Shown piece after piece: positions 37,938 to 49,760 of a stretch of 64,000 nucleotides of DNA. Origin of the DNA: Octopus sinensis (taxonomy: Eukaryota); NCBI RefSeq assembly GCF_006345805.1, contig NC_043000.1:66712001-66776000 (forward strand), given 5' to 3'. The translations under genes were made by a program, and so were the position numbers. Under the pieces are notes generated by a model. It did not search any database. It had not been told where the DNA came from and was given only the letters and a program-made list of their open reading frames with translations. The number at the start of each line of letters is the position of its first letter. Positions within the stretch are counted from its first letter, which is position 1.

Positions 37938-39410
37938 CATAAGGCGGCGAGCTGGCAGAAACGTTAGCACGCCAGGTGAAACGCTTAGCAGTATTTCGTC
38001 TGTCTTTACGTTCTGAGTTCAAATTCTGCCGAGGTCGACTTTGCCTTTCATCATTTTGGGGTCGATAAATTAAGTACCAGTTGCGTATTGGGGTCAATCC
38101 AATCGACTGCCCACCTCCCGCAAAATTTCGGGCTTTGTGTCTAGAGTAGAAAAGAATATTAATGCCTTCATAAGGCGGCGAGCTGGCAGAAACGTTAGCA
38201 CGCCAGGCGAAATATGTAGCCGTATTTCGTCTGCCGTTACGTTCAGAGTTCAAATTCCACCGAGGTCGACTTTGCCTTTCATCCTTTCGGGGTCGATAAA
38301 TTAAGTACCAGTTACGCACTTGGGTCGATATAATCGACTTAATCCGTTTGTCTGTCTTTGTTTGTCCTCTGTGTTTAGCCCCTTGTGGGTAGTTAAGAAA
38401 TAAGTATTTCGTATGTCTTTACGTTCTGAGTTCAAATTCCGCCGAGGTCGACTTTACCTTTCATTCTTTCGGTGTCGATAAATTAAATACCAGTTGCGTA
38501 CTGGGATCGATCTAATCGACTGGCCCCTGCCCCCCAAATTTCGGGCCTTGTGCCTAGAGAAGAAAATAATTGTTAGTACGCCGGGAAAAATGCTTCACCA
38601 TATTTCGTTTGTCTTTACATTCTGAATTCAAATTCTGCTGAGGTTCACTTTGTTTTTCATACTTTCGGAGTCGATAAAGTAAGAACGAGTTAAACACTGG
38701 GGTCCGAAAAATCTGGCCTTTTGCCAACATTTGAAATCAAGATTATTGCTGCTATGGCTTACAACAGCGTTATATAACATCCATAGACAAGCATATGTTG
38801 ACTTAATACAGTTGACATATGGCCCACCAAATGTCGATTTCAAAACATTAATTTTCAAGAACAAATTTAATTCACACAATGATAAAAACATAATGAAAAC
38901 AAAAAGCATTGATCATGTTTTCAGTATAATACAAATTAAATAATTTCATCATAAACAATGTTTAATTGATATGCATACAAAGTCAGCGAGCTAGCAAAAT
39001 CGTTAGCACGCCAGGCAAAAAGCGATATTTCGTCCATCTTTATGTTCTGGGTTTAAATGTCACTGGGATCGACTTTGCTTCTCATCATTTCTGGGTCGAT
39101 AAAATAAGTACCAGTTGAGCACTGGAGTCGATGTAATCGACATAACCCCTTTTTGAAATTGCTTGCCTTGTGCCCAAATCTGAAACCAATATCATTTCTT
39201 GAAATATGGCTGTGAGCTGGCAGTATAGTTTGCACGTCAGGCATTTCGTCCGTCTTCACGTTCTAAGTTCGAATTCCACCGGGACCGACTTTGCCTTTTA
39301 TCCTTTCGGAGTTGATAAATTAAGCATCAGCTGAACACCGGAGTCAATGTAATTGACTTACCCAAACCCCTGAAATAATTGGTATTGTACCAAAATTTGA
39401 AACCAAGTTT
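37938..39410 (+). mobile_element. SINE family B array (monomer, dimer 38170-38570, fragment, two more copies at 38985-39410)
   Basis: Pattern matches, all on +. Confidence 0.88.
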
Positions 39411-39474
39411 ATTCTCTGAAATGAGTAAAGCTTGAATATATATAAATCCAATATCGATGGTCTATAATTTATAG

Positions 39475-39670
39475 ATGCAGGCGTAGCTATAGTTGATAGG
39501 AATGGTTATGTGATTGAGAAGTTCTCTTTGCAAGCATGTGATTTCAGGTTCAGTCTCATGTGCGGCATCTCGGGCAAGTGTCTTATACTATAGCCCCGGA
39601 CCAACCAATATCATGTGAGTGAATTTGGCCAACAGAAACTGTCTGGAAACTTATTATGTGTTTGTGTGTA
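39475..39670 (+). mobile_element. Diverged SINE family A head and core
   Basis: GGGCAAGTGTCTTATACTATAGCCCCGG match. Confidence 0.7.
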
Positions 39671-39715
<45 letters not shown>

Positions 39716-39847
39716 ATAACGAAAATGGCTTGTGGATGGAAATTTTTAGATTTTATTAATGTATCTCGACACACATTTCTATACACCCCATGTTAATTTG
39801 TGAGGACATTTTCATATTCATAGGATAGTATTAAATATTATTTATAA

Positions 39848-39880
<33 letters not shown>

Positions 39881-39954
39881 GTCTGTCTGTCTGCCTATAT
39901 CAATGTATACACATACGCGCGCGCACATATATGTGTGTGTGTGAGTGTGTATGT

Positions 39955-40095
39955 GTGTGTGCTTCTTGCAGTTGTAAAGGCTTTTTAGCTCTTATTTCTA
40001 GCAATGTAGGTGCTACGATGCACCCTCTATCACAACTAGTGACAATTGAAATTTTCCTTTTTTTTTTGTTTTATATTGCGTATAGCTGCTTTCAT

Positions 40096-40148
<53 letters not shown>

Positions 40149-40500
40149 CTTACTTGGAAATGTTATATATATAATCGACTTATTCCGTCTGTTTGTCCCC
40201 TCTGTGTGTAGCCCCTTGTGGGCAGTAAAGAAATAAGAAATGTGGATCATCAAAAGTTCGGTCATACTGAGTCAAAATTAAATAATATAAAATATGATTT
40301 AAATAAAAAAAGAAAAAAAAAGAAAAATTCAATTGTCACTAGTTGTGACAAATATGATTTAAATAAAACAAACAAAAGGGAAAAATTAAATTGTCACTAG
40401 TTGTGTCTGAGGGTGCAGGGCACTTCATATATATATATGAGGGTGCACCTACATTGCAAGAAATAATTAAAAAGTTTTTACAACCGTAGGAAGCACAGGT
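39955..40500. mobile_element. MITE-like element with about 100-bp inverted arms
   Basis: GCAATGTAGGTGC...CACAACTAGTGACAATT is mirrored at 40385-40500; direct duplication of about 60 bp at 40290-40405. Confidence 0.6.
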
Positions 40501-40619
40501 TTTCAAATTCAGATGCATTTTCAACTACAAATTTTCCTATATTATTTTCTGCGTGGAAATATACCTCCTCTTATATATATGTGTGTGTGTGTGTGTGTGT
40601 ACATATATATATGTACGTA

Positions 40620-41100
40620 TGCCTGTTCGTCTCCTACACCACTTGACAAACAGTGTTGGTTTGTTTACGTACAAATTATCGAGCAATTCGGCAAAAAGGA
40701 GCGCTAGTATAAATACCAGGCTTTCAAAATAAGAAATACTGGAGTCGTTTTGCCCAACTAAAAGCCTTCGGAGCGGTGCTTCAGCAAGGCCACAGTAAAA
40801 TAACTGAAACATGTTAAATATTAGGGTAAATATATATTTTGTAGGAAATGAATAAACAGGGTATTGTAATATTCTTTTATTCTTTTACTTGTTTCAGTCA
40901 TTTTACTGCAGCCATGAAGGAGCGCTGTCTTGAAGTGTTTTAGTCAAACAAATCAACCTCGGTATTTTTTTAAAGCCAAGTACTTATTCTATCGGTCTCT
41001 TTTGCCAAACTACTAAGTTACGGGATGTAAATACACCAACACCGGTTGTGGAGCGGTGATGGGGGAACAGACACAAACACACAGATACATACATACATAC

Positions 41101-41141
<41 letters not shown>

Positions 41142-41305
41142 CACGACGGGCTTCTTTAGGTTTTCGTCTACCAAATTCACTCACAAGGCTTTGGCCAGCC
41201 CAAGGCTATTATAGAAAACACTTGCCCATGGTGCCACGCAGTGGGACTGAACCCAGAATCATGTAGTTGGGAAGCAACCTTCTTACCACACAGCCACGCC
41301 TGTGT
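40620..41305. mobile_element. SINE family A tail (+, 40620-40820) and full copy (-, 40880-41305)
   Basis: Pattern matches. Confidence 0.85.
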
Positions 41306-41479
41306 CTATATGTCTGTATATCTCGACAAAATACTTAACAAAATATCCTAATTTCATTGCTGTAAAGTTCATCAAGAAATTACTTCTTACTTGATAGCGT
41401 TCATCTAACAGTCCACAAGCTTGTTTATGCCACGTTCAAGATCGTTAAAAGCCTAATTGAAGGGAACGTTAAGTAATCG

Positions 41480-41860
41480 AAACACGAACTAGGCTGGTAG
41501 GTTGGTTCGTACGAGGCTCGTACGACGTTCTTTATTCAAATTCCGCCAAGGTTTGATTTTGCCTCGCAACATTTCAGGGTCGATAAAATAAGTACCAATC
41601 AAGTACTGAGATCGATGAAACCGACTTATCCCTCCCCTAAAATTGCTGGCCTTTGCCATCCTTTCAACTTTAGGCGCAAGGCTTCAAATTTTGGAGGAGG
41701 GAGAAGGTCAATTACATAGATCGAAGTATGCAATTGATACATTACTTTATCGACCTTGAAAGTACGAAAGGCAAAAATCGACCGCAGTGGAATTTGAACC
41801 CAGAATATAAAGACGGAAGAAATGCTATTAGACATTTTCCCTGGCGTTCTAAAGATTCTT
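41480..41860. mobile_element. Two tail-to-tail SINE family B copies (+ then -)
   Basis: Core matches in opposite orientation. Confidence 0.75.
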
Positions 41861-41864
41861 TCAC

Positions 41865-42050
41865 CAACACGTTGCGCACTACACGTCTGTTCTCTAGGCG
41901 AAACAGCCAGGAACTGACGCTGCCTACCGACGCAAAAGTTCTCATTCATGCACAAGAAAGGTGGCGTCACGTCCCACCCAAACGAGTTCACTCACGCGAC
42001 ATAGTTTTGGTGAGAAAGAATGAAGTTGGATACTGTTTGAACGCACCTCG
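41865..42050 (-). mobile_element. Mariner-like terminal fragment
   Basis: TA|CGAGGTGCGTTCAAACAGTATCC on - resembles a mariner TIR. Confidence 0.6.
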
Positions 42051-42145
42051 TATATACCCATACACACACATTATATGCATGTATATATATGTAAATATAT
42101 ATGTATGCATGTTTGTATGTGTATATACACACACACACATATATA

Positions 42146-42300
42146 CAGGGTTGGCCAAATGTCACCTGACAGTAAATCAAGACCATTTAATTCCAAGATT
42201 TATGTTTAACAACTGAATGAATTTAATAAAAGCATCTAAATATGAAACATCATGAAAATTGTTCAAACTTAAGTCCTTCTAGATCGACACATTTTTCCAT
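42146..42300 (+). mobile_element. Tc1-like terminal fragment
   Basis: TA|CAGGGTTGGCCAAATGTCACC TIR-like start. Confidence 0.5.
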
Positions 42301-42302
42301 TG

Positions 42303-42417
42303 ACTTTGGTCAGCCCGAAGCTATAGCAGAAGACACTTGCCCAAGATGCCACGCAGTGGGACTGAACCCGGAACCATGTGGTTGGTTAGCAAGCTACTTA
42401 CCACACAGCCACTCCTA
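42303..42417 (-). mobile_element. SINE family A head (young)
   Basis: Near-identical to the reverse complement of 55326-55440. Confidence 0.85.
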
Positions 42418-42476
42418 ACTATATACATATATATATAGTTATAAATATATAAATACATATATACATACATACATGC

Positions 42477-42549
<73 letters not shown>

Positions 42550-42565
42550 TATATATATATATATA

Positions 42566-43035
42566 TACTAAATATGTGGGGAATTCTGTCTGTGGGTGTG
42601 TTTGTGGAGTTGTTAGCTAACTCCTCCTACATCGTTTTATCGATTTTGATGAAAGTTGACACGTGAGAAGAACTCATGTCTGTAATCCTCATGGTATGCT
42701 GATATTGTTGTAAAAATCGATAATAGGGCCTCTGGAAGGTATCCTTATATATAGCTAAATATTTCATTTTAACAGCCTAGGGAAATAACCCCTTCGCCCA
42801 GATTTTAACAGCCAAAAGAAATAACCCAGTCATTTTCCTAAATCATTTGGTATAAATCAAATTGAGTATGCTTATTTTTGAGTATTTGAACTGTTAGACT
42901 TATTTTCGCAATTTATCCAGTACAATCCTTAAACAAGTAAATAGTATTTTCCTAAAAAATAGATCCACTTATTTCGGTTAGTCACTTATTCACGAATATA
43001 CCAACACTAGCGTTGCTGAGGGTAATATTCTCTAG
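42566..43035 (+). mobile_element. Possible non-autonomous Helentron/HINE-like element
   Basis: Start TACTAAATAT...TCTGTCTGT...AACTCCTCCTA...CGATTTTGATGAAA and end GCGTTGCTGAGGGTAATATTCTCTAG resemble DINE-1/HINE ends. Confidence 0.4.
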
Positions 43036-43486
43036 GAACGCACAAAAGCCCTTTTCAGAGTTATTTACTTTGAAATGTTATTATCTCATATCTGATTAGG
43101 CTGTTATTACGTAACATGTTTCACGATTTTAGTATACATACTTTATTATTTCCTCCTAAGTTCTATATGCTCTGGGAACGCATTAAAGCCCTTTTCGGGG
43201 CTACTTTATTTGAATTTTTACTATCGGGTAACTAATTTTCTTTTATTACATAACTGACTTCACAATTTTGGTATTCATAATTTATTGGAAATTCCTAAAA
43301 ACAAGATCCTGTGTAAGACAGTTCGGTATTCTCTGTGAATGTACAAAAACTGTTTTAAGGGCTACAAACTTTGTATTTTTTTATTGGATTAGTGAAACAA
43401 TTATGAGAACGGAACCAAAGGATAAGCCTCGCTTTCCTGGGAATTACCGGGTACGTCATCTAGTATATACATACATACGAATACGT

Positions 43487-43542
<56 letters not shown>

Positions 43543-43544
43543 CC

Positions 43545-43718
43545 ACAGGCCTGGCTGTGTGGTAAGAAGCTTGCTTCCCAACCTCATGGTTCCGGGTTCA
43601 GTCTACTGCGTAGAACCTTGGACAAATGTCTTCTACTATAGCCCCGGGCCGATCAAAGCCTTGTGAGTGGATTTGGTAGATGGAAACTGAAAGAAGCCCG
43701 TCGTATATATATATATAT

Positions 43719-43770
<52 letters not shown>

Positions 43771-44260
43771 ATATATATTTATGTGTGGGTGTGTCTTTGT
43801 GTCTATGTGTGTCCCCCACCATCGCTTGACAGCCAATGTTGGTGTGTTTATGTCCCCGAAATATAGCAGTGCGGCAAAAGAGACCGATAGAATGAGTATT
43901 AGGCTTACAAAGAATAAGTCTTTCGGTCGATTTCTTCGACTGAAGGCGGTGCCGTAGCATGGCCACAGTCAAATAACTGAAACGAGTAAAAGAATTAAAG
44001 AGTATGTGTGTGTGTGTGTGTGAGCGCGCGCATATGTGTGTGTATGTGTTTATTTGTTTGTGCCTGTGTTTGTCCTCCCACCACCGCTTGACAACCGATG
44101 TAGGTGTATTTACGTCCTCGTGACTTAGCAGTTCGGTCTAAGTGACCGATAAAATAAGTACCAGGCTTTAAAAAATAAATCCTGGTGTCGATTTGTTCTA
44201 ATAAAAACACATCAAGTCGGTGCCCCAGCATGGCTGCTGTCAAATGACTGAAGTAAGAAA
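43545..44260 (+). mobile_element. SINE family A full copy followed by a second tail
   Basis: Pattern match with internal (TA)n. Confidence 0.88.
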
Positions 44261-44729
44261 AATATACCCTGACACATCTATCGTCGCTTTGTTTTTATCT
44301 GATGAGGGACTGGCGTCCGAAATGTTAGTTCACTATTTTTTCCATTGAAGCGTTAAATAATCTACATGTGAAATTTTGATCTTCATGTATTGTTCTTTAC
44401 AACAGTTATCGTCTTTACACCACTGTATGTATACGTATGCATATATAAATATATGTGAATGTATGCGTGTTTATGTGTATGTATATCTATTCTAATTATT
44501 TTACATAATATATACATTGCTGTACAATGCTATATCTTTTCTATTGACAAAAGAAAAAATGCCACGAGTGCTCGATCTTGTAGCAGGATAATCAAAACAG
44601 AGCGACATAATTGTATGTAGTTATGCACACATGTACATGTAACTAGCAACAGCGCAATCTATACTTGTAATGAGATTAAAATGAATTACTAATGAAAGTT
44701 ACTCTAGACACTAATTAATATTTCTTAAG

Positions 44730-44920
44730 TCGAGTAATCTTTGGTGAAGAAGAGAAAAGAAATATTTCATACATGTCCGCTATTTTTAGTAGTTTGGTGC
44801 ACTCATGTGGCGATATCGCTTTCGTATATGGAAAAGATATGGCAGTGAAAATTTCACATGATAGAACGAAATTAATGAACAGGCCGTGTTTGTTTGAAAT
44901 ATTAGCCATTAACGGAAATT
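44730..44920 (+). CDS. Putative coding exon of an unidentified gene (SLVHSCGDIAFVYGKDMAVKISHDRTKLMNRPCLFEILAINGN)
   Basis: Open frame 44719-44976 in unique sequence; donor AAATT|GTAAGT (phase 1); acceptor ambiguous (44729, 44789 or 44792). Confidence 0.45.
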
Positions 44921-45249
44921 GTAAGTACATTTCACTTGTTTACTTCTCTGGCCAACTTCGTTCCATCATTCTCTAGAAAAAGTGACATCACGTTTCATCG
45001 TTCCATAAGAAATTTACCATAGCCTTAACCATTAAAAGTAACGCATACTTGCGCTATCATTTCTCTTTTCCACCCCACAGATGAATACCAGTCTGACGAA
45101 ACATTAATTAATGCCTGAAGCAATTTTAATTCGAAAATTATTTTAATATTTACTAATATATATTTTCTTACTCCCCATTATATATAAACGTGTAATTGTA
45201 CACGCATGTGCAACCGCACACAAGCATACATACTACATACATACATACA

Positions 45250-45280
<31 letters not shown>

Positions 45281-45725
45281 TCTAATTACGTAACAGAAGT
45301 AGCTCTTGAATGAAATTTTTATCTGTATAAAGTTTTGTAACGATACGCGTTATGCTATATAGGATGTAGATTCTACTTTGCAGCTGCTTGCTTCTTTTGC
45401 ATCGTGCCAGTTTTATTTTGCTCATGCGACGCCATTGCAAACCAATGCATTGTTTATGCACTATCTCTATATACATTCGCCCTCTCTTCGGAGAGAGACA
45501 AACATGTGACGTTGACAAGCTACAACAACGGGGAAATACTTATGTGTCGCTCTCACAGTCACTTCCAGTGCGATTTCCTCCGACCTTGCTCTGAAATATA
45601 TTGCTCTTCTTAACACAATACGTCTACAAAGGGATTTTCTCGTACGAAGAACATTAGCTTCTGACTTTTAAACGATAGACGTACGTTAAATATGTTATAT
45701 ATACATATACCTGTACATACATACA

Positions 45726-45732
<7 letters not shown>

Positions 45733-45761
<29 letters not shown>

Positions 45762-45845
45762 TGTATGTATGTATGTATGTATGTATGTATGTATGTATGT
45801 ATGTATGTATGTATGTATGTATGTATGTATGTATGTATGTATGTA
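45733..45845. repeat. (TATG)n microsatellite
   Basis: Direct reading. Confidence 0.95.
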
Positions 45846-46059
45846 TACATACATACATATATACATACATGCATATATAAGAGTTTATAAAGATTTATAC
45901 ACGGAAAGAAGACACTTGACAGGACTTCTTACATGATAAAAAGGGCAGTTAACCTCAAACCACGAACAAAAGGAATTTTTAAGGCACGCTGCTAATAGGC
46001 ACTAGAGTGAATAAAAAATTAGTTAATCCTATACTTGAATTTCGCTATTAATGACCAAA

Positions 46060-47390
46060 TAAATTAATTTGGTATCTGTATCTCGCCAGTAGGATCGCTT
46101 ACGAATGCATAATTATGTAGCAGTAATACGTACCGAAAACGCGAGGCAAACACATGCGCAAGACAGCTCCATCTTTACACCTTATGGATTCAAATTTAGT
46201 GCGCGAGCGTTGTCAGAATAATACAGAAGTAAATAAATTTAAATTGTGTATTATATGGTTTAAGAATTGTGCACTATATGGCTCGCTTAAAAGTGTCTAC
46301 TAATCAATCGTTCTGCTTGCCCATTTTATCTCGGGTGGTAGAGCGGAGTAAAATGTGGTTGATTGCATGCATTTTGTAGAAATTTTTGAATTCGTATCCT
46401 GTAAATTGTGTTCCATTGTCCGACACTATGGTGTTCGGAACACCATTCTTTGACACTCCTCTGCAATTGTTTGCAGGATTAAACTCTGGTCCGCTTGTTC
46501 AAGTTTTGTGAGAATTCTTGCACGTATTCCCAATCTTTGTTTGGCGTCAAACTTGTACAAAAATGAGGCACTTAAACATATCAGGAGTTAGATCATTCAG
46601 TTTAAACCTTTCGCACATTCTGTTTACGATCCCGGCATATGTGATAAAGTCTCATCCTCTTTTTAACTAGATTCCAACACTCTTATCGAGTGCTAAATAA
46701 GGAACTCTTATCACTGAATATTTTTGATAGTAATCTGAACATTTTTGAAAGTAATTCGACTGTTTCCTGAAAACAAATTTCACTAGTTTTTTGGGGGTAG
46801 TATAAAATTACAACATTTTTCATGTTCTGACGGAGCTAATTTACGTAATAATAGTCTTACTTTTTCCTCATCTGTCCACGACTTGCAATCTTCCCTGAAG
46901 ATTTCTTCGTACCCTTTAAAGTACGCTGCAAACATAACTGGGTCATAACTGAATTCTGTTATAGAGTTCGATACGCCGTCTGGTGAAAACGAACTGATAG
47001 TGTTTCCGGACTTCTTGAAACAGCTCCATTAACTGTTGTTTTTCTTGTGGCTGTAGTTGTTGATTTTGTAACTCATGTTGCTGTTCTTGCTGTTGCTTTT
47101 TCAACTGTATTATAGAAGCTAATAGGTCTGCCATAATTAGCAACTTTATATCACAAAATTTTGTTAACTGACCTGCATGAATTTCGAATCCTCGTCCCCA
47201 ATATTGTTATTTCGCCAATTATGACGATACTTTTGTACACTATAACCGCATAGTAACAATAAAATATATAACGAAGCAGGGTAACAACAACTTAACAATC
47301 CAACAAACTTTTCATAAACCAACAAACTATATTCCGACAAACTACCAAATAGATACCTTACGACTTCCTGCGATTAACACCTACTCTCAT
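46060..47390 (-). mobile_element. Internally deleted Gypsy-type LTR retrotransposon (LTR, PBS, gag, integrase fragment)
   Basis: LTR ends ...ATAACA then PBS TTGGGGACGAGGATT (47187-47201); gag YFKGYEEIFREDCKSWTDEEKVRLLLRKL; integrase GVPNTIVSDNGTQFTGYEFK. Confidence 0.85.
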
Positions 47391-47449
47391 TTCTTTATTT
47401 GGCCACTAAGGGCCCAACACAGAGGGGACAACGCAAGGACAGACAAACA

Positions 47450-49220
47450 TGCAGCGGTGAAAAAGTAAAACGAATGAATTAATGAAAGGATGATATATGA
47501 ATGTGGGGGTGCGATGGCTACTCGAGCCCCGCACTCGAGTAGTTACATTTAATACAATTGTTTTTTCTTACTAGTTCATCGTAAACAATTTAGTTTTAAA
47601 ATTACATTTACTTGCTTTGAGTGATTTCCACCTCCTTATATTCAATGACAGGAGGCAGCGTATCAAACCCTACTTCCGGCCCTATGGGGTCTACATCAGA
47701 CTCGAAAGTCTTTTTTAAATTTTTATTTCTTTCCAGGTCCAGTAGGACGCACTTTTTATTGGGATGAACTCCCCTGCAGGCAGTTTTACTCTTGTTATGT
47801 TCTTCCATTTCGTTAACATCTTTTCTATATTCACACTTTTGTGTATATTCACACTTTTGTTGTTGTGTATGCGGTGTATTTGGTTTTCTGTGGGGACCTG
47901 AATGGTTTGGCTGCGTGTGTGTTTTCCTGCTTATGTATGTCTGCGCGTGTATGTGTCTTTGTATACCTGTCCGGATTGTCTACGATGTTTTTTTTTTCCA
48001 GTGGTGTGGATGGGGTTGAGATGTTCATAAATGGGTTTTCGTGTCTTTTATATGTGGGTGTTTTGTCCTCCTTGTTTGTACCATTTGGTGGGGATCCTTT
48101 CGTCTCACTCCTCCTTCTTTTGTGCTTCACAATGTAGTCACTCTCGTCACTACTTCCCTCTACTGGTTTCTGCTTTTTCTCTGTTGCTTCTTCAGCAACG
48201 CTCTGGGGCACCGTCGTAGTCTTTTCGATCTGGGACTCCGCCATAGTCTTCTCGGTCTGGGGCTCCGCCGTTGTCTTCTCAGTGTGGGGCTCCGCCGTAG
48301 TCTTCTCGGTCTGGGGCGGCTTATAATCGGGGCAATGGACCTTTATGTGTCCTCTCCGTCCACATAGGTAACAGTTGGGTCTTCCCTCAACAACTACCTT
48401 CAACGCATTTTCCTCTGGTATGACAATTTCGTACGGTAATTCTTCGATGTCATGGTGGGTGACCTGGAGCAAGACTTCCAGGTCATATCCCCACCAATTC
48501 ACTTGTTGCGTTCTACCGACGCGCATCAATTTAGCGTCCTCCTGAGTGGCAGCCATAATGCCTGTCACCGGCCACACTTCTTTTATTTCCGATAGGATCC
48601 TTCCAATCCGCACTCTAACATTTCTTCTTCCCATGCAGGTCGGCAGAAGTATCAAGTTTGCCGACCTTAACGTTGTCGTCAAGCGCCTCACTGCCTCCTC
48701 CTCGGTGGTAAACCGTACCTCCACCGTGCCAAACTTCCTTCCTCTATTAATGAAGGTTGCTTCCTCCATTATTGATAGCAAGCAACTCTCTATGTCATTT
48801 TCCGTCGCTACTTCGATCTTCCGTGATGTAGCCGATTGTGTACGATAGACCAACGTTCTTCTTTGCTTCTCTTCGACACTTTCCTTAGGAGGGGCCCACC
48901 TTCAAAGCCGTCCACTTCTTTTGAATGTACTCTCCACATTCATTCAACATCTCTTGGCTAGTTTCTAGCTTCTTCACCTCCAGCAAGGCAACAGCATTTT
49001 TCTGCTCCTGCGGCAGCCGCATAGCTTGGTATGGAGTCCACCTCCATATTGGGATGAAAATCAATTTTCGCCCCAAAATGGGGGAAACGAACAACAAAAC
49101 AAAACTGGCAAACAAGCTACAACAATTTCAACAGAAACTTCAACAATGTCTCGCGCGAGAAAACTCCCAGCAAAAAATCAAACATGTAAAAGTGACAAAT
49201 GACACAAGTGCTGCCAGCAC
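47450..49220 (-). mobile_element. Tx1-like element containing 5'UTR and ORF1 only
   Basis: MEVDSIPSYAAAAG start at 49047; ORF 48853-47849 with RRNVRVRIG and VVVEGRPNCYLCGRRGHIKVHCP zinc knuckle; no ORF2 follows. Confidence 0.75.
48203..48317 (-). repeat. 27-bp tandem repeat encoding EKTT(A/M)(A)E(P/S)QT-like units in ORF1
   Basis: About 4-5 copies visible in both DNA and protein. Confidence 0.85.
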
Positions 49221-49224
49221 GAAT

Positions 49225-49760
49225 TAACTCCTACTCAGAATTTCTTTATTCGCCTATAACGGCATATATACAAGGTACAGAACAGGGGCGGGGACGAAAC
49301 AGGGACAGTCTTACAGGGGGCTAGGGTTACAATCAGGTGCTATAAACACCTGTACAACCGCGGCCCTTCCTAGCAAGGATAACGTCCTCCCAGACTAGGT
49401 CTGGGTTATGGCCGTCACCTTACTCGTCACCTCGCTCCAGTTTTCCTCCACCTGAAGATCTGGTCTAAACCAGATTCCGAGCAATTTAATCGGGCTCTCT
49501 GTCCATCGTCCGACGAGGCTATTGGGAGGCATTGACTTGCCATATCAGGTGCCGAGTTGCAAACCAACTGATTTCTCCTGGTTAATTTTTTCCCCTGCTA
49601 CCGCTTCGTATCCTTTGATGGCGTCTTCTACACGAGGTAGCTGCCCTTCATCAGACACGATGATGGTAACATCATCTGCATCTGCCGTCGCACTTCTACC
49701 GTATCACAGATCACGCGGGTCTTCCCACCCCCATAGTCCCCAATCTCCGCAGCAGCTAAC
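49225..49760 (-). mobile_element. Tx1-like RT fragment plus 3' end
   Basis: ADDVTIIVSDEGQLPRVEDAIKGYEAVAG closely parallels 5630-5720; ends AATAAAGAAATT. Confidence 0.85.

Noticed and set aside
33985-39410. CRISPR-like or tandem-gene interpretation of the regularly recurring GTCGA-rich repeats
   Set aside because: These are SINE copies of about 220-400 bp without repeat-spacer structure, and there are no cas genes
41728-42216. 162-aa ORF and an apparent exon at 41898-42009
   Set aside because: It spans a SINE, a mariner terminal fragment and a microsatellite
1733-45936. Many ORFs of poly-MYVC, YI, HT, II or VV type (e.g. 1911, 18668-19522, 45610-45936)
   Set aside because: These are translations of microsatellites, not genes
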